This document shows positions 29,987 through 36,459 of a DNA stretch of 53,844 bases, piece by piece; the first letter of the stretch is position 1, and each line of letters begins with the position of its first letter. The position numbers and the translations under genes were made by a program. This DNA comes from Bdellovibrionia bacterium (GTDB lineage: Bacteria; Bdellovibrionota; UBA1018), in the NCBI GenBank assembly GCA_049424145.1, contig JBMSSC010000002.1, positions 1 through 53,844 of the forward strand, in the 5' to 3' direction. The notes below the pieces were generated by a model. It searched no databases. It was given only the letters and a program-made list of their open reading frames with translations, and was not told the DNA's origin.

Positions 29987-32131
29987 ATGACTCCATTTCC
30001 TCAGGGGAGAAGGGTAGAAGCTCAGCTGTCCAAGCGAGCAGCTGAGTTTTTATCTCAAATCTGTTTAGGGTACTCCAACATTTTTTTTATCTCAAATCCA
30101 ATTTTTGGGGCAATGATTTTAGGGCTCTCTTTTTGCTCATTCTCAGTTGGTTTTCATGGGCTGATTGCAGAGCTCATGAGCTTCGTCTTTGTTACTTTTA
30201 ACCCAAAACGGACCCGGCCCACGGTTCGAGCCACTCCACCTTTTAATGCGATCTTATGCGGCAACTTTCTGGGCTTTTGGATGGATCCCAGCCTAAAAAG
30301 CGTGTTGTTCCTTTTGGCTCTGGGGTACACCAATTGGATCCTCCATCTCCTGGTGGATGCAATTTTAACTCCGCGAAAGCTCCCAGTGCTTTCTCTTCCG
30401 TTTTCGCTGACGTGCCTGACTTTTGCTCCCCTATTGGAGTGGAGCCTCGGTCCCAGAGTTTCACGCTCCCTTAGCGTTTGGCCTACTTTGGACGCCTGGA
30501 GCTCAGGGTCAATATTTTGGGATCAGGTTTTTCAATCCCTCGGAAGTGTGATTTTCTTACCCCTCAATTGGGTGGGGGCCTTCATTTTGGTCCTCCTGTT
30601 TCTGGAGTCGCGCGTGCTGTTTCTCGGGGTTCTCCTGAGTCTTTCTGCCTCCTGGGGCATTCATTCTGTTTTCTATCCCCCCTCTGCCTTAGGGTTTTGG
30701 AATTGGTCTCACTTTAATTTCGCTTTAATCGGAGCTTCAGTGGGGGGCTTTTTCTTCCTGCCCTCCGTCTTGACGCTCGGAATCTACTTGGCTTCCTTCT
30801 GGGGTGGTCTTCTTTCGTACTATGTGCTTTTGGTCCTGTTTCAGTATCATGTGGAGTGGATTCACTCGATCCCTCTTTGGTGTGGAAGTGCATTGGGGGT
30901 TTTTTTAGCGAAGCGACTTAAGCCCGAGGTAATGAACCTTAGTCTCGTTCGTCCAATGGAGAGGGCTTGGACTCAGCATCAGATTCGAAAGCGGCGCTTT
31001 GGAGAGGCTCTAGCCGTTGTTGACCTACCGCTCGGTAAGCCGTGTTCTATCCTACAAGGATTTAATGGGGATTGGACTCATCAAGGCCAATGGAAGCAGG
31101 CTCTGGATTTTGTGATTTTGGATGATCAGGGGAAGAGCCATCGGAACGCAGGAGAGAGGCCTGAGGATTACCATATCTATGGTCAGGACGTTCTTGCTCC
31201 CGTATCAGGCTGGGTGGTTAAGGCACACGACTTAGATGAGGACTCCTCCATTGCGCAAATCTCATTTCAAGACAATTGGGGGAATCATCTCCTCATTCGC
31301 TCGGAAATGGGGTTTTATGTTCTACTGGCCCATTTGAAGAAAGGTTCGCTTCGTGTTCAAGAGGGCAGCTTCGTGAAGGCTGCCGAAGTGCTGGCTCAAG
31401 TGGGAAACAGTGGTTATTCTCCTGAACCGCATCTTCATTTGCAGGTGGGTGAATCAGCTGACCTGAATCAGGGAACCATCGATTTTTCAATTCAATCCTA
31501 TTTAAAATCAGATGGTCAAGTTTGCTTCCATTCGGTTCCTGCCAAAGGGGATTCGGTGAGGCGTATTGTAGGAAACCAGACGCTTCAGTGGGCACTGAAT
31601 TTTCGGGCCTCCGATGAGTTGGAGTTTGAAACCGACCAGGGAACGCGAGCCACTCTTCGGTGTGGTTTGGATCCCCACTCAGGGCTTTGGTTCTTTGAGC
31701 AGCTGGGGGTTTCAGGTCGAGCCTACTTTTGGAAGGATGATCGCGAGTTTTATTTTTATGATTGGAAAAAAATAGATCCCGAGTCGTTCTTAAGCTTCTT
31801 TTCTCTTGCGCTCAGCCGTGTTCCCTTTGCCCTGAGTGATCAGGGCAGTGGGCCTCTGAGCTGGAAAGACTGGGTCCTGCGAAGTCGAGTTCCAGGGTTT
31901 CATCCCTTTTTATCGTTCAAGCAGAGTCTGGCCCACTTATTCCCCTTTTTTGATCCGAAGCCCATGGTGGAGTTTCAGTTTCAGATGAGCAGGGATGCCA
32001 CTTGGATTCGATCCCAGACCGATGGAGAAGAGGGAGTGCCGAGGCAGGATTTTCAAGTCAGGCTGGATCCCTGGACTGGCATCCTCTCGCTGGAAGTGGG
32101 CTCACAGATTTGGAGAAGAAAAAAGCCTTAA
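29987..32131 (+). CDS. Fusion protein: urea-transporter (UT)-like polytopic membrane domain + M23 (LytM-type) metallopeptidase domain + unknown ~200-aa C-terminal domain
   Basis: ATG 29987 lies 4 nt after the decarboxylase stop. The track ORF from 29843 would overlap by 140 nt.
- N-terminal ~330 aa: multi-TM, opening with AEFLSQICLGYSNIFFISNPIFGAMILGLSF, which resembles the UT family.
- Middle: ALDFVILDD...VLAPVSGWVV...NHLLIR...YVLLAHLKKGS...VGNSGYSPEPHLHLQV, an M23 signature with HxH.
- C-terminal ~200 aa: unrecognised. Confidence 0.7.
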   Translation: MTPFPQGRRVEAQLSKRAAEFLSQICLGYSNIFFISNPIFGAMILGLSFCSFSVGFHGLIAELMSFVFVTFNPKRTRPTVRATPPFNAILCGNFLGFWMDPSLKSVLFLLALGYTNWILHLLVDAILTPRKLPVLSLPFSLTCLTFAPLLEWSLGPRVSRSLSVWPTLDAWSSGSIFWDQVFQSLGSVIFLPLNWVGAFILVLLFLESRVLFLGVLLSLSASWGIHSVFYPPSALGFWNWSHFNFALIGASVGGFFFLPSVLTLGIYLASFWGGLLSYYVLLVLFQYHVEWIHSIPLWCGSALGVFLAKRLKPEVMNLSLVRPMERAWTQHQIRKRRFGEALAVVDLPLGKPCSILQGFNGDWTHQGQWKQALDFVILDDQGKSHRNAGERPEDYHIYGQDVLAPVSGWVVKAHDLDEDSSIAQISFQDNWGNHLLIRSEMGFYVLLAHLKKGSLRVQEGSFVKAAEVLAQVGNSGYSPEPHLHLQVGESADLNQGTIDFSIQSYLKSDGQVCFHSVPAKGDSVRRIVGNQTLQWALNFRASDELEFETDQGTRATLRCGLDPHSGLWFFEQLGVSGRAYFWKDDREFYFYDWKKIDPESFLSFFSLALSRVPFALSDQGSGPLSWKDWVLRSRVPGFHPFLSFKQSLAHLFPFFDPKPMVEFQFQMSRDATWIRSQTDGEEGVPRQDFQVRLDPWTGILSLEVGSQIWRRKKP

Positions 32132-33411
32132 AAACTCGTGTGTACCGCTCCTCCGAGAAGGTATCGATACGTCTGCGTAGGATCACTGACGCTGGCCAGA
32201 GGACGGGAAACGCTACCTGTAACCTCCAGCAAGGACTCGATCGCGAGAAAAAGGGAGATTCGAAGATTCGTCCCATGAGTATACGAATAGGACGTCGTGA
32301 GGTTCCAGGTTCTGGGGTTCTTGATGTTGTTGAGAGAATGACCATCACTTTGCAGAGCAAAGATTTGTTTTCCCATCCATCCACCCAGGGTGAGGAGATG
32401 CACTCCTGAGTAGAGTCTGAGGTTGAGGTGAGAAGACCAGTAGTTTTGGTTCATCAGGAGTGAGGCGGAGTCATCCGGATTCATGGGTCGGATCCAGGTT
32501 CCCTTATAATCGGTATACAAAGAAAAACTGGGTTTTGAGAGGAGCCTGAAGCCTAGGTTCAGATTCCCTTGATAAACCCGCAGGGGGTTTGCCAGAGGTG
32601 TGCTGTTCAAGTTATAGCCAGGGTAGTTTGAGACATAAAACTCCGGGCCAAAGTAGAAGCGATCTTGATGGTAATAGGTGGTCGATCCCCCGACTAAAAA
32701 ACCCCGATTGGTGTCTGGATCATTGTTGAGCAAACCCGCTGCCGAGACTCCCACGGAGAGGTGATTCCAGAAGTTTCTTGAGTAAGCGATGAAGCCTTGG
32801 TGCTGATAGGTTTTGAGTTGGTTGAGGACTTCATTTGCATTTTGAATCAGGTCAGTTTTTGAGTAAATTACGGTCAAACTCTGGCGAGCGCTGCTCCAAT
32901 TCCCCAAAACCTCATAGAAGGTTCCCCCTTTATTCAGGGATTGAGGCGAGTAGGTGATGAGGGCGCCATTTGCGCTGAGGTAGATTGAATTGGTCTTCGC
33001 GGGGGCTAAAGAAGATGTGTTAAGAGGAGTGCGACTCGCCTCCTCAGGAGTCGGCAAAGGGGGGAGTTTTCGTTTGATTTGGTCTAGGATTTTTTTTTGC
33101 TCAGCATTGAGCCCATTGCTATTGAGGTACGCCAGATTCGCGCGCACTCGATCCAGCTCTCCTAATTGGAACTGAGAGTAAAGGATGTAAAAAAGTGCCT
33201 CATTATAATGCTCCTTACTGTTCCAATAGATCTTATCGAACTCAATGATGGCCTGAGCATAGTTCCCCAATTGAACCAGTAAATAGCCGTTTTTTATGGC
33301 GTCTTGGTAGGGATCTACATCTTTGCCAAAAGCTTGGCTCAGGTTAAAAATCATCAAAGAAATAATGATGAACACCTGAGAGGAGAGCCTGGTTTGTCTG
33401 GAGCCGGTCAT
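32128..33411 (-). CDS. Outer-membrane protein: N-terminal TPR-like helical region + predicted beta-barrel
   Basis: Signal-like N-terminus (IIISLMIFNLSQAFG) and TPR-like repeats (GNYAQAIIEF, ALFYILYSQFQLGELDRV). These are followed by about 290 aa of alternating-hydrophobicity, Tyr/Gly/Asn-rich sequence ending in a terminal Phe (GGAVHTSF), a typical OMP C-terminal signature. Confidence 0.6.
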   Translation of the reverse strand: MTGSRQTRLSSQVFIIISLMIFNLSQAFGKDVDPYQDAIKNGYLLVQLGNYAQAIIEFDKIYWNSKEHYNEALFYILYSQFQLGELDRVRANLAYLNSNGLNAEQKKILDQIKRKLPPLPTPEEASRTPLNTSSLAPAKTNSIYLSANGALITYSPQSLNKGGTFYEVLGNWSSARQSLTVIYSKTDLIQNANEVLNQLKTYQHQGFIAYSRNFWNHLSVGVSAAGLLNNDPDTNRGFLVGGSTTYYHQDRFYFGPEFYVSNYPGYNLNSTPLANPLRVYQGNLNLGFRLLSKPSFSLYTDYKGTWIRPMNPDDSASLLMNQNYWSSHLNLRLYSGVHLLTLGGWMGKQIFALQSDGHSLNNIKNPRTWNLTTSYSYTHGTNLRISLFLAIESLLEVTGSVSRPLASVSDPTQTYRYLLGGAVHTSF

Positions 33412-34926
33412 GGAGGTTTCCTTTAGCTTGAGCTCAAGTGAGGTTGAGATCGTTTCTTTATTCTCTATGATTTTAAACCAAAACTTGAGAAAAACAACGA
33501 CACACCCATTAAGTTATTTGGGATCGGGCCTCATTCGATTTTTCGGTTCCCTCATCGGAATTAAAAAAAATTTGAAGTTATCGCTCCTTCGATGAAAAAA
33601 CAGGGAGGCTCGGTTTTATGAAAAAGTGGGTTTGAGATGAATTGAATCGGTAAAGCTCAGGCGGATTGAGAGAACGAAAAAACGGAAGAGGTAGAGTTTT
33701 TATTTTTCTATCGCATCGAGATTTTTCATCAGTTTTAAAATTTTTGGTGCGATCTTTTTTACGCCAATCATCAGGTAGATGGTTTCCTATTGGAGGAGAG
33801 ACGCTGATCTCTCATTTTTAAATCAACAAAATTTATGAAAAAAGGTGACCAATCGATCAAGACTGTTCGGTTTTGGATGGTTTTTTGAGATTCGAGAAAT
33901 GATGTTTCAAACCGTCTTGCACTGTTTCATGACAGTGATCTAACAGATCGTACCCCTCTTTGACTCTTGAGTCTTAAAAAATCGAACGGGTCCACAGGTA
34001 AACCTCTGACACGAACTAAAACGAAATCGGGGATTCTTAAAGACCAGGCTGACGCTTGAGAAATTAGAGGGGTGCCTAAAAATCCGCTGTATTGTGGATT
34101 GGAAAGCTTGGAGTGCCTCTCCCATGAGAGGGCTTGGGTTAAATCGCTTGAGATGTTTGTAATGCATTGGAGGCGGATGAAGTAGACCTCAACGGTGAGA
34201 GAGACCACGGCCACCTGCTCATTCACTCCCCCCAAGTTTCAATCTCTCTCGTCTCGCCAATTGGCTCAAAGGGGTATCTTCACGCCCGATTATGAGAGCA
34301 ACAGATTCCAACTTGACACCAGTCCATCTGGATGGATTTTCTATCAAGCAGAAGCTGTTTTTCCAGATCCTGCGGGTGTGTGCCCTAAGAGGTCATCGAA
34401 CCCTAGATCCAGTATTAGCAGAAGTCGCTCGAAGGTGCGGACGTCTGCTCTCTCACGCCCGAAACAGGTGAATTTTAGGGGCGATTGGATGAGTTCAGGA
34501 TCCCTTGAGTTCGGTTTGGGCGGATGAGACGATTCCGATTTTCAAATCCCGGGTAGGTGAACTGGGGTAAGTCGGCATGCGTTGGGGATTAAAAATGTGC
34601 CTCTCGTGCTCCGCGGAAAAGGGGCAAGTGCGCGCTGAGGTGAGGATCAGACGACACAAGAGAAGCACATCCCAACGATTGCAATCCCTGAGGAACTTGA
34701 GCCCGGTCTAGCCCCTGGAGGCTTTTGGATTCAGCTCAAAGCGGTTCATCTTGAGAAAAAACTCAGGGTCGAGATCTTTTTTTTTAAACAATTAAGTAGC
34801 TTATTTTAGGCTCACACCAGGGTATTCGAAGCATTCTTCTGGATGAAAGGGAGCTGAGTGCGGTGCGGCATTATTTTTGCTTTAGATACAGCTGTTTAAA
34901 AAATTATCAGAGGAGGCATCTTTGCG

Positions 34927-35334
34927 ATGAGACCCAAAATCAAACGGCAACAGTCTTTAGCCCAACGGAAGCATCCAGGAGATCCTGAGGCCGAGTACTG
35001 TTCCCCGGGTTCAATAGAGCAGCAATTGGATATGTGTGAGACGGGTTGCCTTAAGGGAGATGAGATTCTTCATAGCCATGGCTTAGACCCAGAGGAGGAC
35101 TTTGGAGAGCCTCAAGCCTCGGATCGCCTCATGAATCAGAGCTGGAATATGGATCTTTCTGAGGAGAACCGAGAAGGCGATGAAATGAGTGGAGATGATC
35201 ATTCCTCAGGGTTAGAGGGCGGGGACTCCGAGTTCAAGCTTCAACCTCATATTTCAACTGGGATGCCCGGGGATCGAAGTCGTAGAGAGGAGCTCGAAAG
35301 TCGGTTTGAGGAGGGGCCTTTTATTGAAGAGTAA
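34927..35334 (+). CDS. Hypothetical very acidic, probably disordered protein
   Basis: 135 aa, D/E/S/G-rich, with GGAGG 11 nt upstream of the ATG. No family recognised, so coding status is uncertain. Confidence 0.4.
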   Translation: MRPKIKRQQSLAQRKHPGDPEAEYCSPGSIEQQLDMCETGCLKGDEILHSHGLDPEEDFGEPQASDRLMNQSWNMDLSEENREGDEMSGDDHSSGLEGGDSEFKLQPHISTGMPGDRSRREELESRFEEGPFIEE

Positions 35335-35412
35335 AAAGTGTAAATTTTTATTCTATTTTTAATTTTTGGAAAAAAAATTGCAATTCAAAAGAGCTCATCA
35401 ATAAAAAAGGAG

Positions 35413-35877
35413 ATGAAAATGAAAAATAAACTATTAGTGACACTGGGTCTGTTTCTCTCGCTCAGCGCTTCAGCCGCTGAGCCTGAGTTTGCCATCTTTG
35501 GTCGTATGGTGAGTCACATGCAGAATCTCAGGGAGTGTTTAAAGGAAGGTTGGCAAGCAGCTGTTCCAACTGAGGCTCAAAAAAATGAGGCTCGAACTCT
35601 AGTCCAAACGACTCGGGGGCTTCTGAAGGCGCAAAAAGAAGGCATTCGAAAGGCCCGTAAGGATCTGTTTACGGCTTGGTCGAAGTCGCCTGTGGTTCCA
35701 TCTGAAGTCGAAGAAGCGGAAAACCGCCTAAGAACAGATATGGTCCCGGTTCATAATGTGATTCGGGAGAACATGGTGAGTGTTCTGAACCTACTGACCC
35801 CTGATCAAAAGCTATTATTTAATGATGCTTTTAAATCATGTCACACCCGTTTTGAAGAGCTCGAAGATGCGAATTAA
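35413..35877 (+). CDS. Periplasmic Spy/CpxP/ZraP-family-like protein (LTXXQ motifs)
   Basis: Signal peptide (LLVTLGLFLSLSASAAEP), an all-helical charged sequence, an LTPDQKLLF (LTXXQ) motif and a related PTEAQKNEA motif. AAGGAG RBS is present. Confidence 0.6.
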   Translation: MKMKNKLLVTLGLFLSLSASAAEPEFAIFGRMVSHMQNLRECLKEGWQAAVPTEAQKNEARTLVQTTRGLLKAQKEGIRKARKDLFTAWSKSPVVPSEVEEAENRLRTDMVPVHNVIRENMVSVLNLLTPDQKLLFNDAFKSCHTRFEELEDAN

Positions 35878-35899
35878 TCGCAAGAACGGGTGAATGAAT

Positions 35900-35934
35900 C
35901 CCTGGCTGAAGCGTAACGCTTGAGCCAGGGGTTT
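35900..35934. terminator. Hairpin between convergent genes (bidirectional terminator candidate)
   Basis: CCCTGGCT-G-AAGCG-TAA-CGCTT-G-AGCCAGGG gives 13 paired positions and is followed by GTTTAAAAAAA. It lies between the stops at 35877 (+) and 35952 (-). Confidence 0.55.
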
Positions 35935-35951
35935 AAAAAAATCAGTCGAGT

Positions 35952-36428
35952 CTACAGAGAAGGATTGAGCTGGAGAGCGGATTTGAGTTTCTCAGGGAGT
36001 CGAGTGGTCTTAATAGCCTCTAAAGAAACGGCAACGAGCCTTAAGACTGCCTGAAATAAGACCTTTTTCTCATCCCACTGAAACTCCTGCGGCAAGAACC
36101 CGCTTTGAATGCCAGGAACATCGGTGAGGCTCAAGATTTGATGCTTGACTCCTAAAGAAGCACCGGTGAAATCCTCTAGCGTACTGAAGATGGCAATCTC
36201 ATCGTTGATTCGAAGAGGACGATGGTAGGAGAGCTGGGCCTCGCGAACGGCCAGCGCAATCTGCTCTTTGTGCCATAGATCAGAAAGGGGGTAGTGGATC
36301 GCCTCAAAGGCTTCGCTTCGTGCTCTCTCACAGAGGATGAAGTAGTTCGGGTGGTAGACGACGGCTCCAGGGTCCAAGAGATCAAACGTAATTTTGGTCT
36401 TGGAGACGTGAGGTTTTCCTAAAATCAT
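35952..36428 (-). CDS. Acyl-CoA thioesterase, hotdog fold (YbgC/4HBT type)
   Basis: FDLLDPGAVVYHPNYFILCERARSEAF matches the 4HBT/YbgC N-terminal catalytic Asp...VYHxxY...E.AR pattern. Length is 158 aa. Confidence 0.75.
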   Translation of the reverse strand: MILGKPHVSKTKITFDLLDPGAVVYHPNYFILCERARSEAFEAIHYPLSDLWHKEQIALAVREAQLSYHRPLRINDEIAIFSTLEDFTGASLGVKHQILSLTDVPGIQSGFLPQEFQWDEKKVLFQAVLRLVAVSLEAIKTTRLPEKLKSALQLNPSL

Positions 36429-36459
36429 TGTCGAGTTCTCCTTTTGGGCAACGAGCTCA

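Noticed and set aside
32002-32409. ORFs 32002-32409 (+), 31995-32180 (+) and 32058-32384 (-) at the junction of the UT-M23 and OMP genes.
   Set aside because: They are nested in the 3' ends of two long ORFs with recognisable features (an M23-fusion C-terminus and an OMP terminal Phe). No independent signals support them.
33927-34527. ORFs of 75-110 codons in the 1.5-kb coding-poor region as real genes.
   Set aside because: They overlap each other in different frames and lack RBS-like sequences and family motifs. I kept the region as a finding (possible pseudogene or ncRNA), not as annotated CDSs.
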